Positions 48,182-57,656 of a DNA stretch of 64,000 nucleotides are shown in pieces. Source of the DNA: Ignavibacteriota bacterium (GTDB taxonomy: Bacteria > Bacteroidota > Ignavibacteria > UBA10030 > UBA6906); NCBI GenBank assembly GCA_963801355.1, contig CAWDEM010000004.1, forward strand, positions 224,001 through 288,000. Reading direction: 5' to 3'. Made by a program: the position numbers and the translations under genes. The first letter of the stretch is position 1, and every line of letters starts with the position of its first letter. The notes beneath the pieces are model-generated. The model had not been told where the DNA came from, ran no database searches, and worked only from the letters and a program-made list of their open reading frames with translations.

Positions 48182-49066
48182 ATGGACGTACCTGCAACAG
48201 CAATGTTAGCAGCGGCAGACACCCTGCAGCACGCAGAGCACGGGGGCGGCAACATCTTTGCGTCGTTGCTGCATCACGTCCAGGATGCCCCGGAGATCGA
48301 TACGCCGTTCGGCACGATTCACCTTCCACATCTTCCTTCGTTCACGGTGGGAGACATCACGTTCGATATGTCGATCACCAAGCATGTGGTGTTCCTCTGG
48401 ATTGCCGCGGCGGTGTTGTGTCTGGTTGCCATTGTGGCCGCACGGCGCAACAGCCGCCGGGATGTCCCGCGGGGGTTCGGCAGTATCCTCGAGGTGATGA
48501 TCCTGTTTGTGCGTGATGAAATTGTGTTGCCCAATATGGGGAAAGACGGCCTGAAGTACATGCCGTACCTGCTCACGACATTCTTCTATATCCTGTTGAT
48601 GAACCTCTTTGGGCTCATCCCGTATGGTGCGTCAGCGACCGGAAATGTGAATGTCACCGCAGGTCTTGCCATCATCGCGTTCGTCATGATCCAGGCCTCG
48701 GCAATCCGGGCGCAGGGTGTGGGACATTACCTTGCTCACCTGACCGGCGGCGTGCACTGGGCGCTCTGGCCGATCATGATTCCCATTGAGATACTGGGAT
48801 TGTTCACCAAGCCCTTCGCCCTCTGCATCCGTTTATTCGCCAATATGACCGGCGGACATATCGTGCTTGTCTCGCTCATAGGATTAATATTCATCTTCCA
48901 ATCGTATATCATTGCCGTCGCCCCTGTGGGATTTGTCGTGGCCATCAATTTCCTGGAACTCTTCGTCGCATTTCTCCAGGCGTATATCTTTACGATGCTG
49001 ACGTCGCTCTTCATGGGACTGGGGATGCCGGCGGAAGCGCATGCCGCGGAAGGGCATGGACACTGA
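48182..49066 (+). CDS. atpB: F0F1 ATP synthase subunit a
   Basis: SITKH, KPFALCIRLFANMTGGH, LQAYIF. Confidence 0.96.
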   Translation: MDVPATAMLAAADTLQHAEHGGGNIFASLLHHVQDAPEIDTPFGTIHLPHLPSFTVGDITFDMSITKHVVFLWIAAAVLCLVAIVAARRNSRRDVPRGFGSILEVMILFVRDEIVLPNMGKDGLKYMPYLLTTFFYILLMNLFGLIPYGASATGNVNVTAGLAIIAFVMIQASAIRAQGVGHYLAHLTGGVHWALWPIMIPIEILGLFTKPFALCIRLFANMTGGHIVLVSLIGLIFIFQSYIIAVAPVGFVVAINFLELFVAFLQAYIFTMLTSLFMGLGMPAEAHAAEGHGH

Positions 49067-49103
49067 GCGTTCACTCACTACTTCATCTCTCTGGAGGATT
49101 ACA

Positions 49104-49334
49104 ATGGAAGCCAACGCACTCGGATATCTGGCAGCAGGAATCGGTGCCGCACTCACGGTGATTGGTGCAGGACTTGGAATCGGGAAACTCGCGGCAGCGG
49201 CGATGGAAGCGAGCGGTCGCCAACCGGAAGTCGCCGGCCAGGTGCGCACGTCGATGCTGATTGCCGCCGCGCTGATCGAAGGCGCGACGTTCTTCGCGCT
49301 GGCGATCTGCATCATTCTGGCGACCAAGGGCTAA
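49104..49334 (+). CDS. atpE: F0F1 ATP synthase subunit c (H+ type)
   Basis: GAGLGIG, GRQPE, ALIEGAT; no Na+-binding Q..E-S-T signature; GGAGG RBS. Confidence 0.96.
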   Translation: MEANALGYLAAGIGAALTVIGAGLGIGKLAAAAMEASGRQPEVAGQVRTSMLIAAALIEGATFFALAICIILATKG

Positions 49335-49353
49335 CCGGCCGGGAGACTCTCTC

Positions 49354-49839
49354 ATGTTTCAGATCAATCCCGGACTGATCCTCTGGACAATCATCACGTT
49401 TGTGATTGTGCTGATGATCCTGCGCTGGACCGCCTGGAAGCCGTTGCTGGCGGCTGTGACGGACCGAGAGGAAAAAATCCGCGCTTCGCTGGCACACGCC
49501 GATCAGGCACGGCAGGAGGCGCAAACACTGCTGGAAGAACACCGCCGGCAGCTCTCCGCCGCCGAAGAACAGGTGCAACGCATTCTCACCGAAGGAAGGG
49601 CGCTGGCCGACCGGCAGAGGGCGGAGATCGCCGAGAAAGCCGAAAGCTCCGCACGCCGCATGATTGCGCAGGCGAAGGAAGAGATCCAGCGCGAGAAGGA
49701 TGCTGCGCTCATGCAACTCCGGTCAGAAGTGGCCGACCTTGCCATCGGTGCCGCGGGCAAGATACTTGACAAGAACCTGGATACTCCGACGCAGCGTTCA
49801 CTGGTGGACGCGGCGATCCGGGAGATCACCCGAGGATAA
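49354..49839 (+). CDS. atpF: F0F1 ATP synthase subunit b
   Basis: PGLILWT, AWKP, REEKI, coiled coil. Confidence 0.95.
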   Translation: MFQINPGLILWTIITFVIVLMILRWTAWKPLLAAVTDREEKIRASLAHADQARQEAQTLLEEHRRQLSAAEEQVQRILTEGRALADRQRAEIAEKAESSARRMIAQAKEEIQREKDAALMQLRSEVADLAIGAAGKILDKNLDTPTQRSLVDAAIREITRG

Positions 49840-49845
49840 ACAGCG

Positions 49846-50400
49846 ATGCGGAACACCCGTGTGGCGCGCCGCTACGCGCTGGCGCTGATGACTGCTGCGG
49901 AAGGACAACAGACCGTGGAAAGCGTTGCGGCCGATGTGGCGTTCCTCGGCAGCCTCACGCGAACCTCCCGGGACTTCCGCATGCTTCTGGCAAGCCCCGT
50001 CGTCTCCGTTGCGCGCAAACGCAGCGTGCTGCAGGCGCTGCTGAAGGGCAGAGTGCAGCCGATGACGCAGTCGTTTGTCGAGCTGCTGACCACGAAGCAA
50101 CGCGAAGCGCTCCTCCCGGAAATTGTGGAGCAGTTCGATGCACTGCGCGACGAGCGCCTCGGGATCGTGAATGTTCATGTCACGACAGCGGTGGATCTGA
50201 CGCCGGAGCAGCAAAAAACCCTGCTCCTCGCTCTCGAGCAACATACACAGAAGAATGTCCGCGTGCGCACCAACGTGGACCCGGCAGTCAAAGGGGGACT
50301 GCGGATCCGCATCGGGGATACGGTGCTGGATGCCACGGTAACACACATGCTTGAACGATTGCACCGGCGGTTTCTCGAGGGCACAGCGTTCACACACTGA
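49846..50400 (+). CDS. atpH: F1 subunit delta
   Basis: VARRYALAL, VDPAVKGG, IGDTVLDAT. Confidence 0.95.
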   Translation: MRNTRVARRYALALMTAAEGQQTVESVAADVAFLGSLTRTSRDFRMLLASPVVSVARKRSVLQALLKGRVQPMTQSFVELLTTKQREALLPEIVEQFDALRDERLGIVNVHVTTAVDLTPEQQKTLLLALEQHTQKNVRVRTNVDPAVKGGLRIRIGDTVLDATVTHMLERLHRRFLEGTAFTH

Positions 50401-50429
50401 AAATGAAGTTCTGATTGAAAGACCAGGCA

Positions 50430-51986
50430 ATGGCAGAAGTCCGACCCGAAGAAGTCTCCGCGATCCTCCGCAAACAGCTTGCAGGATTTGAAACAGAAGC
50501 GGATACCTATGACGTGGGAACGGTCCTCCAGGTGGGGGATGGCGTGGCGCGCGTGTACGGCCTCACCAAGTCGCTCATGAGCGAGCTCGTGGAATTCCCG
50601 CACGGCGTCATGGGCATGGTGCTGAATCTCGAAGAAGACAACGTCGGCTGCATTCTGTTCGGCGAAAGCAGCGAGATCAAGGAAGGCGACACGGTCAAGC
50701 GCACCGGGCGCGTTGCATCCCTGCCGGTGGGCGAACAGATGCTCGGACGGGTTGTGAGCGCCCTCGGCAAGCCGGTGGATGGCCGCGGGCCTATCCCGAC
50801 GGAGCAGGTGATGCCGATTGAACGCAAAGCCCTCGGGGTGATTCAGCGACAGCCGGTGAAAGAGCCTTTGCAAACCGGCCTCAAGGCCGTTGACGGAATG
50901 ATTCCCATCGGACGGGGCCAGCGGGAGTTGATCATCGGTGACCGGCAGACCGGCAAGACCGCCATCGCCGTGGATACGATCATCAACCAGCGCTTCACGC
51001 ATACGGAAGAGGCGAAGCTGCAGGGAATCAAGCCGGTGTACTGTATCTACGTCGCGATCGGTCAGAAGAGCTCGACGGTGGCGCAGGTTGTCGACAAGCT
51101 GCAGCAGGAAGGTGCGATGGACTATACGGCTGTCGTCGCAGCCACCGCCAGCGATCCGGCGCCCATGCAGTACATTGCCCCCTATGCAGGTGCGACGCTG
51201 GGCGAATTTTTCCGCGACAGCGGACGCCATGCCCTTGTGATCTACGATGACCTGACAAAACAGGCGCAGGCATACCGGCAGGTATCACTGCTGCTCCGTC
51301 GTCCCCCGGGACGCGAAGCCTATCCCGGCGACGTCTTCTATCTCCATTCACGCCTGCTGGAACGCGCCTCCAAGTTGAACGACGAACTCGGGGGCGGCAG
51401 TCTCACGGCACTGCCCGTGATCGAAACCCAGGCGGGCGACGTCTCGGCGTATATTCCCACGAACGTGATTTCCATTACGGACGGGCAGATCTACCTCGAG
51501 CCGGGGATGTTCAACGCCGGTATACGCCCGGCCATCAATGTCGGTATCTCCGTCTCGCGCGTGGGCGCCAATGCACAGATTAAAGCCATGAAGGCGGTGG
51601 CGGGACGTCTCCGCATCGAGTTGGCGCAGTATCGTGCCCTGGAAGCATTCGCAAAGTTCGGGTCGGACCTTGACAAAGCCACCCTCGCGCAGCTGCGCCG
51701 CGGCGCACGCCTCGTGGAGCTGCTCAAGCAGGGACAGTATCTGCCGATGCCTGTGGAAAAACAGGTCGCTGTCATTTATGCCGGTACGAACGGCTACCTC
51801 GATGAGATCCCGGTCGAAGAGGTGGGGCGGTATGAAAAGGAACTCCTGGGCATGATGGATCTGAAGCATGCGGAGTTTCTTCTGGAGATCGCCCGGAAGA
51901 AGCAGTTGACGGATGATATCGCAACACGCCTGAAAGACATCCTGACGTCCTTCACGGCGACATTCAAAAGCTCACTGAAGGTCTAG
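50430..51986 (+). CDS. atpA: F1 subunit alpha
   Basis: [29 protein letters not shown]. Confidence 0.99.
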   Translation: MAEVRPEEVSAILRKQLAGFETEADTYDVGTVLQVGDGVARVYGLTKSLMSELVEFPHGVMGMVLNLEEDNVGCILFGESSEIKEGDTVKRTGRVASLPVGEQMLGRVVSALGKPVDGRGPIPTEQVMPIERKALGVIQRQPVKEPLQTGLKAVDGMIPIGRGQRELIIGDRQTGKTAIAVDTIINQRFTHTEEAKLQGIKPVYCIYVAIGQKSSTVAQVVDKLQQEGAMDYTAVVAATASDPAPMQYIAPYAGATLGEFFRDSGRHALVIYDDLTKQAQAYRQVSLLLRRPPGREAYPGDVFYLHSRLLERASKLNDELGGGSLTALPVIETQAGDVSAYIPTNVISITDGQIYLEPGMFNAGIRPAINVGISVSRVGANAQIKAMKAVAGRLRIELAQYRALEAFAKFGSDLDKATLAQLRRGARLVELLKQGQYLPMPVEKQVAVIYAGTNGYLDEIPVEEVGRYEKELLGMMDLKHAEFLLEIARKKQLTDDIATRLKDILTSFTATFKSSLKV

Positions 51987-51996
51987 CGGACCGACA

Positions 51997-52893
51997 ATGC
52001 CCACGCTGCGCGAGGTTCGCAGCCGCATCAGCGGCGTAAAGAAGACGGAGAAGATCACCCGGGCCATGAAAATGGTGGCCGTGGCAAAGCTCCGCCGTGC
52101 ACAGACGGCGGTGTTGGCGGCTCGCCCGTATGACGAGGGAATGCAGCGCCTCCTGCAGCATCTGCTCCCGGCCGTCGATACGGCAGGCCAGCCCCTGCTG
52201 ACGGCGCGTCCGGTGCGCACGACCGGCATCATCGTTGTCACGTCCGACCGCGGCATGTGCGGTGCGTTCAACACCAACATCATCAGAGCCACGCAGGAGC
52301 AGATAGCCGGCGTCGGGAAAGCGGCGGGACCGCAGAACCAGGCTCGCCTGTATTGTGTCGGCAAGAAAGGGGCGGATTTCTTCACGCGCCAGCGAATGAC
52401 ACTGGCTGCCCGTTACACCGGGCTGTTTGCAAAGCTCAGGTTTGCCGAGGTCCAGAAGGTTGCACGTGAACTGACGGACGCGTACCTGCGGGGTGAAGTT
52501 GACAGGGTCTTGCTTGTGTACAACCAATTCAAGTCCGCCACGCATCAGCGGATCGTGGTTGAGCAGTATCTTCCCGTACTCCCCGCAACGGCAGAGCCTG
52601 CCCAGGACGCTGTCACCCTGCGGACCCCGGACTACATATACGAACCGTCCCAGCAGGCGTTGATTGCGGCACTCCTTCCGCGGTATCTGAACTTCAGGCT
52701 CTGGCGGGCCCTGCTTGAATCGAACGCATCCGAGGAAGGGGCCCGGATGACCGCAATGGAGAATGCCACCGAGAACGCCAATGAGTTGATTTCCACGCTG
52801 CAACTGCAGTACAACAAGGCGCGGCAGGCGGCAATCACCAAAGAGCTTCTGGAGGTGGTATCGGGGGCCGAAGCCTTGAGGGGGGCCTCCTGA
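51997..52893 (+). CDS. atpG: F1 subunit gamma
   Basis: KITRAMKMVA, SDRGMCG, ARMTAM, NKARQAAITKEL. Confidence 0.98.
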   Translation: MPTLREVRSRISGVKKTEKITRAMKMVAVAKLRRAQTAVLAARPYDEGMQRLLQHLLPAVDTAGQPLLTARPVRTTGIIVVTSDRGMCGAFNTNIIRATQEQIAGVGKAAGPQNQARLYCVGKKGADFFTRQRMTLAARYTGLFAKLRFAEVQKVARELTDAYLRGEVDRVLLVYNQFKSATHQRIVVEQYLPVLPATAEPAQDAVTLRTPDYIYEPSQQALIAALLPRYLNFRLWRALLESNASEEGARMTAMENATENANELISTLQLQYNKARQAAITKELLEVVSGAEALRGAS

Positions 52894-52968
52894 CCAGCCG
52901 GCTGGCCTTGCGGAGTCTTCGGCCGGTAAGTAGTTGCCTCACATAAGGTTCTACTCCCAATCGGGTAA

Positions 52969-52997
52969 TTGCATAAGTTCCCTTTTCTGAGTATCTT
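52969..52997 (+). promoter_or_regulatory. sigma70 promoter of the ffh-rpsP-trmD operon
   Basis: TTGCAT, 17 nt, TATCTT. Confidence 0.6.
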
Positions 52998-53052
52998 ACA
53001 AATCCTCGGCACTAAACCGCCCCACAGGTGGTTCCATGTGTAGGGGCAGACT

Positions 53053-54381
53053 ATGTTTGAGGATCTCAGCCGAAAACTCGATGCCGTCCTGAAGCGTCTC
53101 CGCGGGCAGGGGAAGATTTCCGAGGCGAATGTCGCGGAAACTCTGCGTGAGGTGCGACGGGTCTTACTGGATGCCGACGTCAACTACAAAGTGGCGCGGC
53201 AGTTCATGGACGATGTGCTCCGCCGTGCCGTCGGGCAGGAGGTTTTGCAAAGCATCACCCCCGGCCAGCTCATCGTCAAGATCATTTATGATGAATTAGT
53301 CCGTTTACTGGGAACGTCTCACGTCGGTATCACGTTCTCGCAATTACCCCCCACGGTGATCATGGTGGCCGGGTTGCAGGGGTCGGGAAAGACGACCTTC
53401 TGCTCGAAGCTGGCGTTGCATCTGAAATCCCAGGGGCGGTTCCCGCTGCTCGCAGCCGCAGACGTGCACCGGCCGGCGGCCATCGACCAGCTCGAAATTC
53501 TGGGACGGGAGATCGGGGTGCCGGTCTTCACGAGGCGCGGAGCCGAAGCGGTAGCGGTGGCAAAGGAGGCGGTGGAGCACGCGCGTGCAAATGCACGCGA
53601 CACCGTGATCGTGGATACGGCCGGACGGCTTCACGTGGATGAGGACATGATGCGTGAGGCTGAAGCCATCAAGTCCGCACTCCAGCCGCACGAGATTCTG
53701 TTCGTCGTGGATGCCATGACCGGTCAGGATGCTGTGCACACCGCTCAGGCCTTTCACGACCGCCTGAAGTACGACGGCGCGGTACTGACGAAGATGGATG
53801 GTGATGCGCGGGGCGGGGCGGCACTCTCCCTGCGCGCAACGGTGGGCGTGCCGATCAAATTCATCGGCACCGGAGAGAAGCCTGACGCGCTCGAACGGTT
53901 TCACCCCGAGCGGCTGGCATCGCGGATCCTCGGACTCGGGGACATCGTCAGCCTCGTGGAGAAAGCGCAGGCGCAGTTCGACGAAACCAAAGCGGTTGCG
54001 CTTGAACAGAAGATCCGGAAGTCGCAATTTACGCTGGAAGATTTTCTCGAGCAGCTGCAGGAAGTAAAGAAAATGGGACCGCTGCAGCAGGTCATCGGGA
54101 TGTTGCCGGGTGCACACCGCCTGCCGGCAAACGCGGAGGTGGACGAATCGGCCCTGGTGCGCATCGAAGCGATGATACAGTCCATGACGCGGGACGAGCG
54201 CAGGAGGCCGCAGACGATCAACGGCACGCGGCGGCGGCGGATCGCCATGGGAAGCGGGTGTACGGTGCAGGACGTCAACAAGTTGTTAAAGCAATATGAG
54301 CAGATGCAGCGCATGATGAAGACCCTGGGGAAGGGCGGGCGGCTTGACAAGGCGGCCCGGGGAATGCGCATCCATTCATAG
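53053..54381 (+). CDS. ffh: Signal recognition particle protein
   Basis: GLQGSGKTT, DTAGR, TKMDGDARGG, M domain (RRRRIAMGSG). Confidence 0.98.
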   Translation: MFEDLSRKLDAVLKRLRGQGKISEANVAETLREVRRVLLDADVNYKVARQFMDDVLRRAVGQEVLQSITPGQLIVKIIYDELVRLLGTSHVGITFSQLPPTVIMVAGLQGSGKTTFCSKLALHLKSQGRFPLLAAADVHRPAAIDQLEILGREIGVPVFTRRGAEAVAVAKEAVEHARANARDTVIVDTAGRLHVDEDMMREAEAIKSALQPHEILFVVDAMTGQDAVHTAQAFHDRLKYDGAVLTKMDGDARGGAALSLRATVGVPIKFIGTGEKPDALERFHPERLASRILGLGDIVSLVEKAQAQFDETKAVALEQKIRKSQFTLEDFLEQLQEVKKMGPLQQVIGMLPGAHRLPANAEVDESALVRIEAMIQSMTRDERRRPQTINGTRRRRIAMGSGCTVQDVNKLLKQYEQMQRMMKTLGKGGRLDKAARGMRIHS

Positions 54382-54404
54382 CAGGCAACAGAAGGAGAGA
54401 AACG

Positions 54405-54863
54405 TTGGCAGTACGATTACGTTTGCGACGGATCGGCAAAAAGAAAATGCCGATGTACCACATCGTGGCCGCCGATTCGCGCACCGCGCGGAGCGGCAAC
54501 TTCCTCGAAGTGGTCGGCCGGTACGAGCCACGCCAGGAGCCGATGGTGATCCAGGCGAAGGAGGCGAGGGTCTTCTACTGGCTCAAAACAGGTGCCCTGC
54601 CCACTGATACCGTGCGCAGTCTGTTCCAGCGGAACGGATTGTGGTTGAAGTGGTCACTCACCCGTGCCGGCAAGGACGAAGCCACGATCGCCGCTTCCAT
54701 GGAGAAGTGGCAGATGCAACAGGCAGACAAACGCCGCCACGATGACGAGCGGAAAGCCCGCCGTACGGCAGCGAAGCGAAAGGCAAGCGTGAGCAAGGGT
54801 CCGGAAGCCGCAGCGGCTCCGGCTGCAGAGGCTCCGGCCGCAGAGGCAGCTCCGCAGGCCTGA
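54405..54863 (+). CDS. rpsP: 30S ribosomal protein S16 with C-terminal extension
   Basis: AVRLRLRRIGKKK, VAADSR, GALPTDTV; TTG start with AAGGAG. Confidence 0.96.
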   Translation: MAVRLRLRRIGKKKMPMYHIVAADSRTARSGNFLEVVGRYEPRQEPMVIQAKEARVFYWLKTGALPTDTVRSLFQRNGLWLKWSLTRAGKDEATIAASMEKWQMQQADKRRHDDERKARRTAAKRKASVSKGPEAAAAPAAEAPAAEAAPQA

Positions 54864-54935
54864 CGCGCATAACTCCTGGGTTCAGGGGGTGGAGGCGCTA
54901 GGTTGCACGTAGAGGAGAAAACCTGAGGAGGGTGT

Positions 54936-55166
54936 ATGAACGACTTCGTGGTGTTCATTGCCAGCCACCTCGTCGACAGTCCGGAGAAAATCGCTCTGGA
55001 GCACGAGGAACGCGAAGACAAGATCGTGTTTCGTCTCCGCGTGGCGGAAGCAGATGTAGGTAAAGTCATCGGAAAAAAGGGGAGAACAGCCCAATCCCTG
55101 CGCATCCTTCTCGCCGCGGTGGCGGCACGTCAGGGTAAACGGGCGATTCTCGAAATCGCGGAGTGA
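54936..55166 (+). CDS. khpA: KH-domain RNA-binding protein KhpA
   Basis: LVDSP, DVGKVIGKKGRTA, between rpsP and rimM. Confidence 0.92.
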   Translation: MNDFVVFIASHLVDSPEKIALEHEEREDKIVFRLRVAEADVGKVIGKKGRTAQSLRILLAAVAARQGKRAILEIAE

Positions 55167-55708
55167 GTATTGCTGTTCACGATTTGATCGCTGTTGGCTC
55201 CATCGTTAAGGCATTCGGCATCAGGGGCGATGTCATTGTTGAACCCCTGACCGACGTGCCGGAACGGTTCCGCTCTCTGCGCCGGGTGTACCTCGTCGCG
55301 GAATCGTCAGCGACGGGAACGATAGACGGCAATCCTGTGCCGGTAGAAATAACGGCCGTCAACGTTGCCCCGCACGGCATACGGGCACGATTTTCCTGCG
55401 CCCCGGATCGTACGGCTGCGGAAAAACTGGTCGGCCTGCTCGTGATGATCCCCGCGGAAGAAGCGGTACCGTTGCCTCCGGGAACGTTCTTTGTGCATCA
55501 GATCGTCGGCTTTACTGTTGTCGATGAGCAGGGGGCACCCCTGGGAAGGCTCTCCGATGTCCTCCCCTTCCCGGCGCAAGATGTGTACGTCATCAGTGCC
55601 GACGGGGAACAGGATCTCCTGGTCCCCGCGGTAGGCGAGTTTGTCAGGAGCATCGATGGGGCAGCACGGACTATAACGATCCGCCTTATCGAAGGCATGC
55701 GAGCATGA
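55163..55708 (+). CDS. rimM: Ribosome maturation factor RimM
   Basis: GSIVKAFGIRG, DRTAAE, AQDVY, LVPAV. Confidence 0.95.
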   Translation: MSIAVHDLIAVGSIVKAFGIRGDVIVEPLTDVPERFRSLRRVYLVAESSATGTIDGNPVPVEITAVNVAPHGIRARFSCAPDRTAAEKLVGLLVMIPAEEAVPLPPGTFFVHQIVGFTVVDEQGAPLGRLSDVLPFPAQDVYVISADGEQDLLVPAVGEFVRSIDGAARTITIRLIEGMRA

Positions 55709-56388
55709 TCCGGATCGATGTCATAACGGGCCATCCGCGCCTGGTGCGGGGGCCGCTCGACGAGAGCATGCTGAAGCGCGCCCAGGAACTGGCCGGTGTG
55801 GAATGCGTGGTGCACGACCTGCGCGAACACGCCACCGACCGTCATCGATCCATCGACGACACTCCGTTCGGAGGAGGCGCGGGCATGGTGATGAAGCCCG
55901 AGCCGGTATTCGCGTGCATCGAAGGGTTGCAGCGCGAACGCACATACGACGAGGTGGTGTACATGAGCGCCGACGGCGAGCGCCTGACACAGGCGCTGGC
56001 CAACGAGCTCTCCCTGAAATCCAGCCTCATCATCCTGTGCGGCCACTACAAAGGGATCGATGAACGGATCCGGGAACGGCTGGTCACCCGGGAGATTTCG
56101 ATCGGTGATTATGTGCTCACCGGCGGAGAGTTGCCCGCCCTGGTGCTGATCGATGCCATCGTGCGTTTGATACCCGGCGTGCTGCACGACGGCGAGTCTC
56201 TGTTGAATGATTCTTTTCAGGACGGGTTGCTGGATGCCCCGCAGTATACCCGGCCTGCGGAATTTCGAGGAATGCGTATCCCGGAGGTTCTGCTCTCGGG
56301 GAATCACGCAGACATCGAACGGTGGCGGCAAGACCAGAGGGTCGGGCGGACGCGTGAGCGCCGGCAGGATCTCATGGAAAACAAGTGA
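55705..56388 (+). CDS. trmD: tRNA (guanine37-N1)-methyltransferase
   Basis: [37 protein letters not shown]. Confidence 0.98.
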   Translation: MIRIDVITGHPRLVRGPLDESMLKRAQELAGVECVVHDLREHATDRHRSIDDTPFGGGAGMVMKPEPVFACIEGLQRERTYDEVVYMSADGERLTQALANELSLKSSLIILCGHYKGIDERIRERLVTREISIGDYVLTGGELPALVLIDAIVRLIPGVLHDGESLLNDSFQDGLLDAPQYTRPAEFRGMRIPEVLLSGNHADIERWRQDQRVGRTRERRQDLMENK

Positions 56389-56410
56389 TAGTGTCCTTTT
56401 GGAGATGATT

Positions 56411-56752
56411 ATGGAAAAGATCAAACTGGTGGAGGCGACTCAGCTGAAGAGCGGCATTCCCGACTTCTTTCCCGGCGACACGGTCAACGTACATGTCCGC
56501 GTTATCGAAGGTGACAAGGAGCGCGTACAGCAGTTCCAGGGCGTGGTGATCGGCCGTCACGGCGCGGGGATGAATGCGACCTTCACCGTGCGCAAGATTT
56601 CGGACGGCGTCGGTGTGGAGCGTATCTTCCCTCTGCACTCACCGCGCCTGGCCAAGATTGAACGCGTCAAGCAGGGATCGGTGCGCCGGGCAAAGCTGTA
56701 CTATTTGCGCTCCCTTGCGGCCAAAGCAATCCGTCAGAAGACGACTGCCTGA
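56411..56752 (+). CDS. rplS: 50S ribosomal protein L19
   Basis: [30 protein letters not shown]. Confidence 0.98.
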   Translation: MEKIKLVEATQLKSGIPDFFPGDTVNVHVRVIEGDKERVQQFQGVVIGRHGAGMNATFTVRKISDGVGVERIFPLHSPRLAKIERVKQGSVRRAKLYYLRSLAAKAIRQKTTA

Positions 56753-56777
56753 CGCACAACAACTTCCGTAGGGTCGC

Positions 56778-57611
56778 ATGAGCACACGCACACGACTCGG
56801 CGTTCCCTCCGTTTTCTATACCAAGCCGTTGACCGTGCACCTGGCGGAGCGTGATCTCTTTACCCGCCAGGTGGATGTTCCCGCCCAGCATGCGGTCCGC
56901 CTGCGTGAGCATGAGCTCGACGCGGCGTTTCTCACCCCCATCGATTACGCCCGTGATAGTTCCGAGTACCGGATCGTTCCCGGGGTCGGCGTCAGCTCCG
57001 CCTCCGCAACCGGCTCGATCAGTCTTGTTTTTCATGACGAGATTCAGACGGTGAATACGGTGGCCATCGATCCGTCATCGTCTTCGGAAATCATTCTGGC
57101 GAAGATCATTCTCGCCGAAGAATACGAGCTGGAGCCGAAATTTCAGCCCTTCAGCGGCACGGTTGACGGTGCGCTTGCACGCGCGGATGCCGTTCTTCTT
57201 GTGGGTGATGCGTCGCTACGGGAGATCTCCTCGCGCCCCAATCGCATTGACCTTGTGGAAGCCTGGAACATCATCACGGGGCTCCCGTATGTACACGGGT
57301 TCTGGTGCGGCGGCGAAGAGGCGCTCACTCCGGAAGAAGTGGGCTGGCTGGTGCAAAGCGCGTACAGCGGGATCAGTGCGCTGGATACGATCGCGGGCAA
57401 CCTTCCCCACGGTGCATTTCCCTCTCTCTCCCACGCCGACATGTCCGATTATCTTCACGCGTTTTCGTACGACCTGAACGAGGACGACCTCGAGGGACTG
57501 CGCGAGTTTCTCCGCTATGCCTTCTACCACGGCGTGACTCCCGACGTGGCGGAGCTTCATTTTTACGGCACACCAGGTCTTCCGCCTGCATCCCCACCTC
57601 CGCTCTCCTGA
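56778..57611 (+). CDS. MqnA/MqnD-family protein (chorismate dehydratase-like, divergent)
   Basis: KPL N-terminal motif, DAVLLVGDA, DLVEAW...TGLPYVHGFW, LEGLREF. Confidence 0.75.
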   Translation: MSTRTRLGVPSVFYTKPLTVHLAERDLFTRQVDVPAQHAVRLREHELDAAFLTPIDYARDSSEYRIVPGVGVSSASATGSISLVFHDEIQTVNTVAIDPSSSSEIILAKIILAEEYELEPKFQPFSGTVDGALARADAVLLVGDASLREISSRPNRIDLVEAWNIITGLPYVHGFWCGGEEALTPEEVGWLVQSAYSGISALDTIAGNLPHGAFPSLSHADMSDYLHAFSYDLNEDDLEGLREFLRYAFYHGVTPDVAELHFYGTPGLPPASPPPLS

Positions 57612-57621
57612 TCCCGTCGCG

Positions 57622-57650
57622 TTGAATCTTTTCGAAAAGATGGGTAGATT
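57622..57650 (+). promoter_or_regulatory. Leaderless recN promoter containing a perfect 16-bp palindrome
   Basis: TTGAAT, 17 nt, TAGATT, then 6 nt to ATG 57657; ATCTTTTCGAAAAGAT at 57626-57641. Confidence 0.65.
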
Positions 57651-57656
57651 GGCTCT

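Noticed and set aside
52894-52968. Possible SRP RNA (ffs) upstream of ffh
   Set aside because: There is only a GC hairpin (probably the atp operon 3' end), and it lacks the conserved helix-8 GNRA motif.
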